Shown here piece after piece: positions 8,584 through 17,777 of a DNA stretch of 60,021 nucleotides; the first letter of the stretch is position 1; each line of letters opens with the position of its first letter. The notes under the pieces are model-generated. The model had not been told where the DNA came from and ran no database searches. It saw nothing but the letters and a program-made list of their open reading frames with translations. Made by a program: the position numbers and the translations under genes. Source of the stretch: Thermoanaerobaculia bacterium (GTDB lineage: Bacteria; Acidobacteriota; Thermoanaerobaculia; UBA5066); the NCBI GenBank assembly GCA_038245905.1, contig JBBRRY010000025.1, positions 1 to 60,021 on the forward strand, read 5' to 3'.

Positions 8584-10578
8584 TTACCTCTCCACCTGGA
8601 ACTGCGAGGACGTCGCGACGAGATACGTCGCCTGTTGCGCCTTGGCTTTGGGAGTCGCCGCGGCGTTGACGGCCGTCACGATGGCCGCCTTCGCGCTCGC
8701 CGAAAGCAGGCCGTGACAGAGCCTCTGGTTGAGCTCTTCGACCATCGCCGCCGGATTGCCGGAAAGGGACTGTATTCCGGTGAGGTCCAGGGACGTCCCG
8801 GCCGGGTTGTTCGCTCCGACGGGGATCGTCGAGTAGACGAACGTGTTCACGAGGTTCGCGCGGCGGAGGGAGGTCGACGCCGAGAGAATGCCGAACTCCG
8901 GCCCGAAGAGCGGGGGCGACGTTCCCGGGGTCAGGTAGTCCGCCGGGTAATAGCTGAACACGGTGTCGGGCTGGAAGACGGTCTGTCCCAGGTTCGCGAT
9001 CTGCGGCGCGAGGACTCCGTCCGACTGGCCGATGCCGTTCGCGGCGTGCGCACCGAGGCTTCGGAGAAGCGCGATCGCGAAGAATGCGGGCTCCCTGAGG
9101 ACGCCGAAGTCCGGATCCGCCGAGCCGGCGAGCGCTTCGGGATCGGTCACGACCGCTCCCACGACCGCCGCGAGATCGCCGCGCACGCCCGAGCCGTTGT
9201 CGTTGAACCTCGCCGCGACGCGCGCGACGTACGCGGGGCTCGGGTTCGAAGTCACGAGGTTCCGGATGAGGGCGCCCCCGATGTACGGCCCGACGTTCGG
9301 GTGGTTGAACACCCAGTCGATGGCGTCGTTCAGGTCCTTGTCGCCGGTTTGGAGCGGGCTGCACGGAGACACGGAACCCTGACAGGGCAGGATCGTCGTG
9401 CCATCCGGGAGAGTCTTGGCGCCCTTGTCGTGATTCGCGGCGACGAGCACCATCGGGGTGACGTAGTCGTCGGTGCCCGCGACGATCTGGCTCGAGAAGC
9501 GCCATCCCGTGAACACGCGCGCGAACTCGGTGATCGCTGCCTGGTCGTACGTGGGAATCGGATTGCCGCCGGAGAGTTGCGGCGTGCCGTCGAGATTCAG
9601 CTTGACGAGGCCGATCGAGAAGAGCTGCAGGATTTCGCGCCCGTAATTCTCGTTCGGGAGCTGCAGCGTGGACGTATTCATGTTGAGGTACTGGCCCATC
9701 GCCGCGTTCAGCGTGATCCGGTACAGGATGTCCCGGTAATTCCCGAACGCGTTGTTCACGAGAATGTTCAGGTACGGAGCCATCCGGCTCGGCTGGCCGA
9801 TATCCTGGCCGTTGATCGGGATGATCTTGTGGAGCGCCCAGGCGACGCGCTGCCGGAGCTGGTCCTGTCCGTAGAGCGCATTGAAGAAGAACTGCCACTG
9901 GAGCGGGTACATCGTGTAGTTGTCGCGCGGGCAGGTACCGGTGCACGTTCCGGGCTGGTTGTTGGGAAAGAGTGTTCCCTGTACGTACGTCGATGGCGAA
10001 GCGGCAAACTGCTCGGCGAGGAATGCGTTCGTCCCGACATCACGGATGTGGGCGGTGAGCGCGGGGTTCGCCCCGAACGTCGTGATACCCGCGAAGGCGG
10101 CAAACGTGGAAGCCGGTGTCGCGGAAACGTCTTCGAAGTAGGCCGACACGTCGATGATGAAATCCGTCGTCCCGGTGGGCTGCTGGCAGAAAACCACGAT
10201 GTCACCGGACGATCCGAGGCGGGCAATGAAGTTGTTGGCGCGCGTCGCTCCGGCCCGGTAGCTGATCGCCGTGGAGAGGCCCGCTGCCGTCCCCCCGGGG
10301 AAGATGGCGAGAGAACCCGCCGATTGAGGCGCGACGACGGTGATATTCATGTTCACGGACCGCGCCGAGGCGGGGATGCCGCAAGAACCGACGAGCGTGT
10401 ACGTGCGCGACGAGCCCGCGGCGAGGGGCGGCGCTCCGAAGGCGCCCGCCGGGTTACGAGTGTCGGCGACCCGGCAGGGAGTAAGCGGGAAGAACGAAGT
10501 CTGCGGAAGGCCCTGCGCCGCAAGCGGCGTCGCGAACAGGAGCACCAGAAGGAAAGAGCGCCTCGGGCAATGCTTCAT
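8584..10578 (-). CDS. DUF1800 domain protein with an N-terminal extracellular 'PCRVADTR' domain
   Basis: Signal peptide; DQLRQRVAWAL, PNENYGREILQLFSIG, LVTSNPSPAYVARVA. Confidence 0.88.
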   Translation of the reverse strand: MKHCPRRSFLLVLLFATPLAAQGLPQTSFFPLTPCRVADTRNPAGAFGAPPLAAGSSRTYTLVGSCGIPASARSVNMNITVVAPQSAGSLAIFPGGTAAGLSTAISYRAGATRANNFIARLGSSGDIVVFCQQPTGTTDFIIDVSAYFEDVSATPASTFAAFAGITTFGANPALTAHIRDVGTNAFLAEQFAASPSTYVQGTLFPNNQPGTCTGTCPRDNYTMYPLQWQFFFNALYGQDQLRQRVAWALHKIIPINGQDIGQPSRMAPYLNILVNNAFGNYRDILYRITLNAAMGQYLNMNTSTLQLPNENYGREILQLFSIGLVKLNLDGTPQLSGGNPIPTYDQAAITEFARVFTGWRFSSQIVAGTDDYVTPMVLVAANHDKGAKTLPDGTTILPCQGSVSPCSPLQTGDKDLNDAIDWVFNHPNVGPYIGGALIRNLVTSNPSPAYVARVAARFNDNGSGVRGDLAAVVGAVVTDPEALAGSADPDFGVLREPAFFAIALLRSLGAHAANGIGQSDGVLAPQIANLGQTVFQPDTVFSYYPADYLTPGTSPPLFGPEFGILSASTSLRRANLVNTFVYSTIPVGANNPAGTSLDLTGIQSLSGNPAAMVEELNQRLCHGLLSASAKAAIVTAVNAAATPKAKAQQATYLVATSSQFQVER

Positions 10579-10746
10579 CCTGTACTCCCGCGGTATTCCC
10601 GCAAATCCATGAGTTCTGGAGCTTCCCCGAAAGCGAGGGGCCACGATTCTGTTCAGAAAGACTCGTTAAGAAGTGATCGCACCCAACGCCGGGCCGCACG
10701 TTCCAAGCCGGCTTACCGGGGGGCCTAGCGGCTACAATGAGTTGCC

Positions 10747-12096
10747 GTGTCGCCGATCGGACCCCGCACCCTCCGCATTGCCGTCGTCGACGACGACGAG
10801 GGGGTCCGCGAGCTGATGCGGAGCACTCTGGAAAGAGTGGGCGCGACGGTAGATATTTTCACGGGTTCCCAGGTCTTCCTCGACAGGGCCATCTTCACGG
10901 ACTATGACGTCATCTTCTGCGACCTCATGCTGCCGGGCCTCTCGGGAATCGACCTCCTCTTCGAGGTGCGCGGCAAAGCCCCGGCCGTCCCGTTCGTGAT
11001 CATCTCGGGCCAGGCCGCCGTCTCGGACGCCATCGAGGCAATGAAGGCCGGCGCGACAGACTTCATCGTCAAGCCGTTCCGGATTCAGAGCCTTCTCGAC
11101 GTCGTGAAGCGCCTCACGCAGGACGCGACGCCGCGCTCGGCGTCCGGCATCTGGCGGCGAGAGAAGGAGCAGAACTTCGCCGTCGGAAACTCGGCCCTCT
11201 GGAAGAGTCTGCTCGAGAAGGCAAAGCGGGTCGCGGATCTCTCGTCCACGGTCCTGATCCGCGGAGAGACGGGCACCGGCAAGGAGGTGGTCGCGAAGTA
11301 CATCGCGTCCTTCGGCCCGCGCGCCGGCAAGCCGTTCGTCACGCTGAACTGCGCCGCCATTCCCGACAACCTGATCGAGAGCGAGCTGTTCGGCCACGTG
11401 CGCGGTGCCTTCAGCGGAGCCACGAACGCGCGGCGCGGCTTGTTCGAGGAAGCCGAGGGCGGCACCCTTCTCCTCGACGAGATCGGCTCCATGCCGATGG
11501 CCGCCCAGGCGAAGGTCCTTCGCGCGCTCGAGGAGTTTCAGATTCGCCGTGTAGGGGACAACCGTAACGTCGCGGTCGACGTTCGCATCCTGGCCTCCAC
11601 GAATCTCGACATGGAAGCGGCCATCACGCGGCATATTTTTCGTGACGATCTCTACTACCGCCTCGCCGTCGTCACACTCTGGGTGCCGCCGCTCCGGGAG
11701 CGCGAAGAGGACAAGCTTGCGCTCGCGGACCACTTCCTGAGGATGTTCTCGAAGCCGTCCCAATATCCGCGGCGGCTCTCGGCCGAAGCCAAGGATTTGA
11801 TCCTGCACGATCCGTTCCCCGGCAACATCCGCGAGCTCAAGCATTCGATCGAGCAGGCATGCGCCCTGTCGGCGCGCGAAGAGCTCGTGGCCGAGGACTT
11901 TCCCCTCCTTCTAGCGCGCGCGGACGCGGCTGGTGCGGACGACCTCTTGGCCGTCGGCGAAGGCCCGCGCGCGGTGACGCTCGAACGCCTCCAGGAAGCG
12001 CTCGTCAGGACGGGCGGAAACCGCGTGGAGGCGGCGCGCCAGCTTCACATCAGCCGTTCGACGCTTTACCGGATGCTGGGGAAGCAAACCGGATAG
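10747..12096 (+). CDS. Sigma54-dependent response regulator (REC-AAA+-Fis HTH, NtrC family)
   Basis: VVDDD, CDLMLP, GETGTGKE, ESELFGHVRGAFSGA, PGNIREL, ISRSTLYR. Confidence 0.92.
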   Translation: MSPIGPRTLRIAVVDDDEGVRELMRSTLERVGATVDIFTGSQVFLDRAIFTDYDVIFCDLMLPGLSGIDLLFEVRGKAPAVPFVIISGQAAVSDAIEAMKAGATDFIVKPFRIQSLLDVVKRLTQDATPRSASGIWRREKEQNFAVGNSALWKSLLEKAKRVADLSSTVLIRGETGTGKEVVAKYIASFGPRAGKPFVTLNCAAIPDNLIESELFGHVRGAFSGATNARRGLFEEAEGGTLLLDEIGSMPMAAQAKVLRALEEFQIRRVGDNRNVAVDVRILASTNLDMEAAITRHIFRDDLYYRLAVVTLWVPPLREREEDKLALADHFLRMFSKPSQYPRRLSAEAKDLILHDPFPGNIRELKHSIEQACALSAREELVAEDFPLLLARADAAGADDLLAVGEGPRAVTLERLQEALVRTGGNRVEAARQLHISRSTLYRMLGKQTG

Positions 12097-12105
12097 GGCT
12101 GCATT

Positions 12106-12609
12106 TCAGCGCGGTGTCGCGCTGAGAGCCACCGGCCACGGGTAGAGCCCCGGCCTCGCGTCAGCGGAAAGGAAGAACCGATAGCCGAGAGAGGCGGTCA
12201 CGAGCGTCTTTCCTGCGTACGGCTGTGCGAGCCATCCTCCGGCAGCGCTCACCTGCGCCGTCGAGCCAAGGCCGGTCACTTCGAGCGCGCGATAGGGGCC
12301 TTGCAGCGGCTGGAATTCCAGGAGCCAGCCGGCCGGCGAGTTCGTCCGGACCCGAAGGAGCGACGCCCCGGGCGTCTCCACATAGCCGCGCGCAATGTCC
12401 GCTTCGGTGATCTGGAGACTCGGCGGTTGGGATTCGACCGAGAGGACGGCTCGAGCGGGCACGACAACCGTCACCGAGAGCGAGGCGGAGATACTCCCCG
12501 CGTGGGCGGGGAGCGCGGGCGCGATGAAGGCCGCGAGAGCGAAGGCGAGAGCGCCGGCCTTCCCGACCTTGCTCGCCGCGACCACCGATTTCGTTTTTCC
12601 GTTTTGCAT
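12106..12609 (-). CDS. Secreted hypothetical protein, possible divergent pilus subunit
   Basis: Signal peptide ending AHA, then SISASLSVTVVV (donor-strand-like); last gene of the pilus cluster. Confidence 0.7.
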   Translation of the reverse strand: MQNGKTKSVVAASKVGKAGALAFALAAFIAPALPAHAGSISASLSVTVVVPARAVLSVESQPPSLQITEADIARGYVETPGASLLRVRTNSPAGWLLEFQPLQGPYRALEVTGLGSTAQVSAAGGWLAQPYAGKTLVTASLGYRFFLSADARPGLYPWPVALSATPR

Positions 12610-12635
12610 GGCTCGCATCTCCCGATGGAGACCAA

Positions 12636-12652
12636 TGCGGGAGCCATGCCGA
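12636..12652 (-). promoter_or_regulatory. Putative sigma54 (-24/-12) promoter for the 12609 gene
   Basis: TCGGCATGGCTCCCGCA with GG-N10-GC spacing. IHF-like CTCAATGAGTTA at 12679-12690 and an inverted repeat at 12707-12737 lie upstream. Confidence 0.6.
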
Positions 12653-12706
12653 CGTAATTCCTTCCCCCATCCTTGTAGCTCAATGAGTTACGAGGCCTGC
12701 TCCCGA

Positions 12707-12737
12707 GTGTCTGGCACACATGGAACGTGCCGGACAC
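12707..12737. promoter_or_regulatory. Inverted repeat, candidate activator site or terminator hairpin
   Basis: GTGTCTGGCAC-N9-GTGCCGGACAC. Confidence 0.5.
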
Positions 12738-12761
12738 ATCCCTGGAACAGCCTCTGAGCTG

Positions 12762-13229
12762 TTAGAAGTTCATCGTGACCGTGATCGTGTCGGAGTAGTT
12801 TCCGACGCCGACGTCCTGGCCGGCGGGGATCGTGCCGTAGACCGTGAGGATGTCGACGAACTTGTCGACGGGGTCGATCGTGTACACGTACGTCGTCCCC
12901 GTGCCATCCCCCCACACCTGACCGTTGGCAGCGGTAGGGTAGAGGTTGTAGTTCAGAGCGTTGCCGCCCGAGCGAAGCGTGCGGTTGGTGTACGTCCCGG
13001 AGCTGCCCGTCGACAGGCTCATCATCATGTATTGAACGCCGCCCACTTTCTTGCAGGAGTAACTGATCGTCCCTGTGGACTTCGTCGGGCTGGCGCTGAA
13101 GACGTCGTAAGACCCGAAGTTGACGCCGGTGACCGAGCCGAATGTGCAGGTCAGCGCGCCGTCCGCGCGTGGCGCGAGGGCGAAAAGCGCGAGGAGCGCA
13201 ACGAGCGAGAGGACGGTGTGTTTTCTCAT
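12762..13229 (-). CDS. Spore coat U (SCPU) / Csu-type pilin lacking an N-terminal extension
   Basis: Signal peptide, CTF..VNFGSYD, LNYNLY, VYGTIPAGQDV.GNYSDTITVTMNF; ATGA overlap with the usher stop. Confidence 0.88.
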   Translation of the reverse strand: MRKHTVLSLVALLALFALAPRADGALTCTFGSVTGVNFGSYDVFSASPTKSTGTISYSCKKVGGVQYMMMSLSTGSSGTYTNRTLRSGGNALNYNLYPTAANGQVWGDGTGTTYVYTIDPVDKFVDILTVYGTIPAGQDVGVGNYSDTITVTMNF

Positions 13230-15532
13230 GGGTTCTTCCCGCTTTCCTTGGGAGCTTCGCAGCGCAAGGTTCCGAGGTTGACGAACGGGGACGAAGACAT
13301 CGGGACGACGAGCGTGAACCGGCACACCGCTTCCTTGTGCTCGACGGCGGCCGGGTAGCGGCCGGGGGAAAGGTTCTCGAGGTAGAAGCCTCCGTCGCCG
13401 CCCAAGGGCGAGGTCTGCGGCACCCCGGCCGGGCCGGTCACGGTCAGCTCCCCATAAGCCGGAGCCTTCTCCGTTCCCGCCTCGACGATCAGCACGCGTC
13501 CCGTCACGGTTGTGACCCGCTTCACGGGGAATTCGACGACCGCGCCGCCACGATACGGTGTCGCCACGGTGCGCTCGACCGAGCCGATCTCGTAGTCGAT
13601 GGGCACGTCGCGGTCCGAGATCCCGATCCGGTTGCCGTAATACGGGATGAGGCTCGGAATCAGAAGATCGCCGCTTCCGTTCGTCGTTCCCACGTCCTGA
13701 TTGCTCGCGCTGCCGTGTACGCCCGAGACGCCGGGAACGCGAATGAGCGCGAAGCTGCCGACGACCGGCCGCGTCGGAAGCACCGTTCCACCGAGCGCCA
13801 CGATTCCTCCGGACGCGCTGAGCGTCGAGGTCGTCTCGCCGCCGAGGCGCAGAACTGAGGCTTCGTAATGGCCGAAGGCCGCGTTGTACTGGACGAGGCC
13901 GCTCGCGCTGCCCGGCCCGTCCCCGGCTGTTCCGTTGAAGCGGTACCCGTAGCCCGTACCGACCGGCAGCGATTTCTGGACGTCGATCGACCCCGTGTTC
14001 TGTCCGTCCTGATGGCTGTACGAGGCGAGCGCGGTCGTGTTCCGGCCGAGAAAGTAGCTCAGCCCGACGAAGGCTTCGTTTCCCTGCGTCGATCCTTGAA
14101 AGACACGTGCGAAAGAGAGGAAGAGGCTGAGATCTCGGGTGAGGCTCGAAGAGCTCGAGAGCGACGCGCGCTGGGACGATGGCGCGTCGCGCGGAATGGT
14201 TCCGGTGTATTGGACAGTGAGACTCGCGAGCCGGCCGAGCTGGATCCCCACGAACGCATTTCCGTCCCAGCGCGGCCGGTCCTGGTCGGCGGACAGGCCG
14301 AGCGCGGCGTAGTGGGGGCTGAGAGCGCGGGCGAAGATGCCGTAGTTCACCGGCTGGCCGACGTAGCGATACGAAACCGACGCCGCGCCGCCGGTCTGCC
14401 CTCCTTCGCGGCTCGCCGCGAGGGATCCCTCGATCTCGCCCACGGGAAGGCGCCACGCAAAGCCCGGGCCGCCGCTGACGAGGCTCTTGCCGGCTTCGAG
14501 GCGCAGCTCGGCGGTCAGCGCGTCCGAGAACCCGTAACGGTGGCGACCGAGGAACGAAAGCGGGCCGTAGTCCCAGCTCTCGGTCGAGAGGTTGTCCCTG
14601 CGGAAGCCGAGGTTGTATGTGAACTCCGAGAGGCCCTTCGCGAGGACCGCGCTCGACGCGTAGAAGCCGCTCGTGATCTCCCGCTCCTGTCCGAACACGT
14701 CCCGCACGACGACGCGCGTCGTCCCGCTGCCGGCCGGCAGAAGAATGTTCGAGAGCTGGAACGTGCCCGGCCCGATCGCCTCCCGCTTCACGATGTTGCC
14801 GTTGACGTACACGTCGACCGTGGACGGCGTCGTCGCCGCGCCCGTGAGCGCGAACGAGGGGTAGCGGGAGAAGTAGGGATCGAGGTCGAAGCTGCGCGAG
14901 ACGCTGAGGCCGGCGAGGAAAACCGCGCCCCCAAGGCCGCCCGCCGCGGCGAAGGAGTCGCCGGCGACCCATCTCACGAGCCGGGAGCGGTCGTCGTGCG
15001 TGACGTTCGTGAGGCCGCGGACGACGCTTCCGTCGTCCGCCCGCAACACCGCGCTGTAGAAGAGGTCTCCGCCGAGGCTCAGTCCCGCCTCGCCGAACGC
15101 GTTCCATGTCTTGAGGTCCGTGACGTTGACGGCATAGTTCGCGAACAGACTCGGGCTCGAGACGTAAACGAGGCCGATGGGCCGCGGCATGCTGAGGTCG
15201 AGAGTCTGCCCCGCGAGCCACGTGGGCGGTACGGTCACGGAAAGGGTCACGCTCTCGAGATCGAGCCGGTAGGACGCATTCGGAGCGAGCGAGGCGAGAG
15301 AGACCCATTCCTCCCCGTCGCGCGCCTCGCGGCGCCCCGCGAATCCGCTCACGCCGGCCGCGGAGAGATCGCGGACCTGAAGGAGGACGTCGTCACCCAC
15401 GAGGATCGCCTGCACGTCACCTTTCGGCACCGTGTTGACGGAAAGCGGAACCACGGCCCGCTGAAACGGCGCGGCCGCACCGGCCGCGGAGAGCGTCAGG
15501 GCGAGGGCCAGAAACAGACATAGCGCTCTCAC
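13226..15532 (-). CDS. Outer-membrane fimbrial usher (CsuD-like)
   Basis: 768 aa; GAATTPSTVDVYVNG, VRDVFGQE, HRYGFSDALT, C-terminal Cys pair. Confidence 0.9.
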   Translation of the reverse strand: MRALCLFLALALTLSAAGAAAPFQRAVVPLSVNTVPKGDVQAILVGDDVLLQVRDLSAAGVSGFAGRREARDGEEWVSLASLAPNASYRLDLESVTLSVTVPPTWLAGQTLDLSMPRPIGLVYVSSPSLFANYAVNVTDLKTWNAFGEAGLSLGGDLFYSAVLRADDGSVVRGLTNVTHDDRSRLVRWVAGDSFAAAGGLGGAVFLAGLSVSRSFDLDPYFSRYPSFALTGAATTPSTVDVYVNGNIVKREAIGPGTFQLSNILLPAGSGTTRVVVRDVFGQEREITSGFYASSAVLAKGLSEFTYNLGFRRDNLSTESWDYGPLSFLGRHRYGFSDALTAELRLEAGKSLVSGGPGFAWRLPVGEIEGSLAASREGGQTGGAASVSYRYVGQPVNYGIFARALSPHYAALGLSADQDRPRWDGNAFVGIQLGRLASLTVQYTGTIPRDAPSSQRASLSSSSSLTRDLSLFLSFARVFQGSTQGNEAFVGLSYFLGRNTTALASYSHQDGQNTGSIDVQKSLPVGTGYGYRFNGTAGDGPGSASGLVQYNAAFGHYEASVLRLGGETTSTLSASGGIVALGGTVLPTRPVVGSFALIRVPGVSGVHGSASNQDVGTTNGSGDLLIPSLIPYYGNRIGISDRDVPIDYEIGSVERTVATPYRGGAVVEFPVKRVTTVTGRVLIVEAGTEKAPAYGELTVTGPAGVPQTSPLGGDGGFYLENLSPGRYPAAVEHKEAVCRFTLVVPMSSSPFVNLGTLRCEAPKESGKNP

Positions 15533-15560
15533 GAGCCGGCGGAGCGCATGCGACGCCCTC

Positions 15561-16349
15561 TCAGCGCGACGCCGGCCCGCACGCCTCCGGCGCTACGGCG
15601 ACGGAGGCCTTCCAAGCGTCGCGCTCGGTTTTCGCCTCGAGGGAAATCGTCTTCGACCGGCGGCAGTCGGCCGGTGCAATGGCGATCTCGTATGCGCGTT
15701 CGCCTCCGGCGAGGACGTACCAGCCAGCCGCCTGGTTCTCGAAAGTCGGGCTGCCGTCGGCGCCCACTCCTGACGTGCGCACCGAAATCAGCGAAAACGC
15801 CGCGTTGCCCGTGTTCTTCACCTGGAACTTCAGAGTGCCGGATTCCAGCTTTGTGTTCTCGATCGCTCCGCTTCGAATGAGCTTCGCCGGCTGGACGAAA
15901 ATCGGGACTCCGAACCGCGTCAGGACCTTGACCTCGGAACGGTTCCCGACCTCGGACGGCTTCTCGAGGGGGGGAAGCTCCTCGACGAACACGCGATATG
16001 TCCGCTCGACCGCTCCTGCGGGCTTGGAGACGCCGATCCGGATCTTCCGTTCCTTCCCCGGCTCCAGCGTCAGGAGCGCCGGGAAGAACACGACGTCCTC
16101 CGTCGGCGCCAGCTCGATCTCGCCACGAGGGCTCTGGTTCCAGCCGAACGCGGTCACCTGAAGGCGCACGCTCTCGGAGCTCTGGTTCTCGACCGCGAGA
16201 AGCTCGGTGGTCTTGCCGGCGGACAGGTAGATGTGGATCGGCGAGACCTTGAACGTAGCCGCGGCGGCCGGAAGAGCGACGGGAAAAAGGAGAAGGGCGA
16301 GCCCCGCCGCGCGGAGCCGCCAGCACCTTGCGGAAGAGCCTGAGTCCAC
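15561..16349 (-). CDS. Periplasmic pilus chaperone (CsuC/PapD-like)
   Basis: FKVSPI, FFPALLTL, ERTYRVFVEELP, GVPIFVQP, NTGNA, WYVLAG. Confidence 0.88.
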   Translation of the reverse strand: MDSGSSARCWRLRAAGLALLLFPVALPAAAATFKVSPIHIYLSAGKTTELLAVENQSSESVRLQVTAFGWNQSPRGEIELAPTEDVVFFPALLTLEPGKERKIRIGVSKPAGAVERTYRVFVEELPPLEKPSEVGNRSEVKVLTRFGVPIFVQPAKLIRSGAIENTKLESGTLKFQVKNTGNAAFSLISVRTSGVGADGSPTFENQAAGWYVLAGGERAYEIAIAPADCRRSKTISLEAKTERDAWKASVAVAPEACGPASR

Positions 16350-16366
16350 GACCGAGCCCCCTCTTC

Positions 16367-16888
16367 TCAGAAGTTAGCCGTTGCCACGACCGTGTCGAAG
16401 TAGGTGGCGGCGAGAACGTCCTGAGCCTCTGGAATGCGACCGCAGACATTGTACGACCTGGGGTCTCGGCTGGGGGCGAAAGAGGGCGTGAAGACACCGT
16501 CGCCGGCCGCTCCCCACACCCTCGGGGACGCGAAGCCGCATGGCGCGCCCGGGCTTTCGGAGGTCGGCTGGTAGAGCTCGTAGGCGATGAAGCTCGTCCC
16601 GCCCCGCATCCGCCGCGTTGCGCCGGACGGGTTCGCGCCGGGGCCGAGCGTGAGGGACGCCGCCGTTCCGCGCGTACACGTGATCGTGACGTCTCCGGTT
16701 CCCGTCACCGGCGCCGCGAAGTTCGCCACGACCGGGTCGTACGTGCCGAACGCGACGGAGGAGGCGGAGATCTGGCAGTTGCTGGAGACCGTGACTGACA
16801 CGCTCAGGCTCGCCGTCGCGCTTGCTCCCGCAAGCGGGCCGGCCGCGAGGAGGGTGGCGGCGAAGGCAATGGCGAGCGGTCGTTTCAC
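16367..16888 (-). CDS. SCPU/Csu-type minor pilin
   Basis: Signal peptide, SATASLSVSVTVSSNC, FGTYDP, GRIPEAQDV..YFDTVVATANF. Confidence 0.88.
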   Translation of the reverse strand: MKRPLAIAFAATLLAAGPLAGASATASLSVSVTVSSNCQISASSVAFGTYDPVVANFAAPVTGTGDVTITCTRGTAASLTLGPGANPSGATRRMRGGTSFIAYELYQPTSESPGAPCGFASPRVWGAAGDGVFTPSFAPSRDPRSYNVCGRIPEAQDVLAATYFDTVVATANF

Positions 16889-16952
16889 GATCGGAGTTCC
16901 TTTCTATTGATTCAATCTGGTCGAGAGGAAGAATCGGTCCTGCTTCAAAGCA

Positions 16953-16990
16953 GACACCGCCCGCGGATCGGAGCGACCCGGGGCGGCGTC
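16953..16990 (-). terminator. GC-rich hairpin after the major pilin gene (attenuating or stabilising)
   Basis: Imperfect stem GACACCGCCC..TCG-GAG-CGA..GGGCGGCGTC between the first two pilin genes. Confidence 0.4.
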
Positions 16991-17007
16991 GTCGCGAACG
17001 GGTCGCT

Positions 17008-17475
17008 TCAGAAGTTGACGGTGGCCTGGATGGTTCCGGTGTAGAGAGCCGCGACCGGGACGTCCTGTCCGCCCGCGATGCTCCCGAAGATGCTGAACGA
17101 ACGCGCGGCCTTCGAGGGGGCCGCTCCCAGCGACTTGGCGGTATTGAAAGCCGTCGTGTGGCCGATTTCCTGCCAGAGCGTGTAGTTCAGCGTGCCGCCG
17201 CCGCCGGTGATCGTGCCGCCTGCCGCAGCAAAGACGACCGACGGGTTGACGCCCTTCGTGCAGGCGACGTCCATCGAGGTCGAGGCGTCGAGAGCGGCGG
17301 ACGCATTCGTCCCGACCGGATCGTAGGCACCGAAGCTGAGCGTGGCGTTCGAGATGGTGCAGTTCGCGGCCACGCTCGCGTTCACGGTGAGCGTGCTGTT
17401 CGCCGCGCCCGCGAAGGCCGCCGGGGCGACTGCGATGAGGGCGACCAGGACGATGGGGATCAGGGTCTTTTTCAT
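17008..17475 (-). CDS. SCPU/Csu-type major pilin (CsuA/B-like)
   Basis: RBS AGGAG; MKKTLIP signal; LTVNASVAANC, FGAYDP, CTKG, YTGTIQATVNF; first gene of the operon. Confidence 0.9.
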   Translation of the reverse strand: MKKTLIPIVLVALIAVAPAAFAGAANSTLTVNASVAANCTISNATLSFGAYDPVGTNASAALDASTSMDVACTKGVNPSVVFAAAGGTITGGGGTLNYTLWQEIGHTTAFNTAKSLGAAPSKAARSFSIFGSIAGGQDVPVAALYTGTIQATVNF

Positions 17476-17577
17476 GGGATTCTCCTTTTTTGTCCTCTTC
17501 TGTACTCTCGACACCCCAGAGGCCGCCTCGCCGCCCCATCGGTAGTGTGTCATTGATGTCTCACTGACACATCCATT

Positions 17578-17593
17578 AGCAACAGCGATGCCA
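17578..17593 (-). promoter_or_regulatory. Sigma54 (-24/-12) promoter of the pilus operon
   Basis: TGGCATCGCTGTTGCT, near consensus, with an AT-rich tract at about 17630-17666 upstream. Confidence 0.85.
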
Positions 17594-17710
17594 TGAGTAC
17601 CTGTGTTGCGAACGGAAATCATCATACTGGCTAAATATCTAATTCATAGGTAGTTACATGTAAATAGCGGGCCCATTTGCCCGACCGATGGAAAGGTCAG
17701 GATGGCCCTC

Positions 17711-17728
17711 CGACACTAAATTGTGTCG
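17711..17728. promoter_or_regulatory. Palindrome, candidate upstream activator site
   Basis: CGACAC-TAAATT-GTGTCG, about 120 bp upstream of the -24 box. Confidence 0.6.
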
Positions 17729-17777
17729 TTTCTGTGGTCAGGAAGCCGACGAAAGTCGGTCGTGGGGTGGCGGCCGG

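Noticed and set aside
7157-9946. 929-aa ORF as a single protein (likewise 12762-15308, 21226-24090, 39114-40937, 52863-54824)
   Set aside because: The N-terminal extensions are off-frame read-through of upstream genes in GC-rich DNA; the real starts are internal.
8635-10728. Long antisense ORFs (also 2025-3563, 13868-15523, 29665-31992, 37213-39024)
   Set aside because: They are shadows of recognised genes caused by stop-codon scarcity and contain no motifs.
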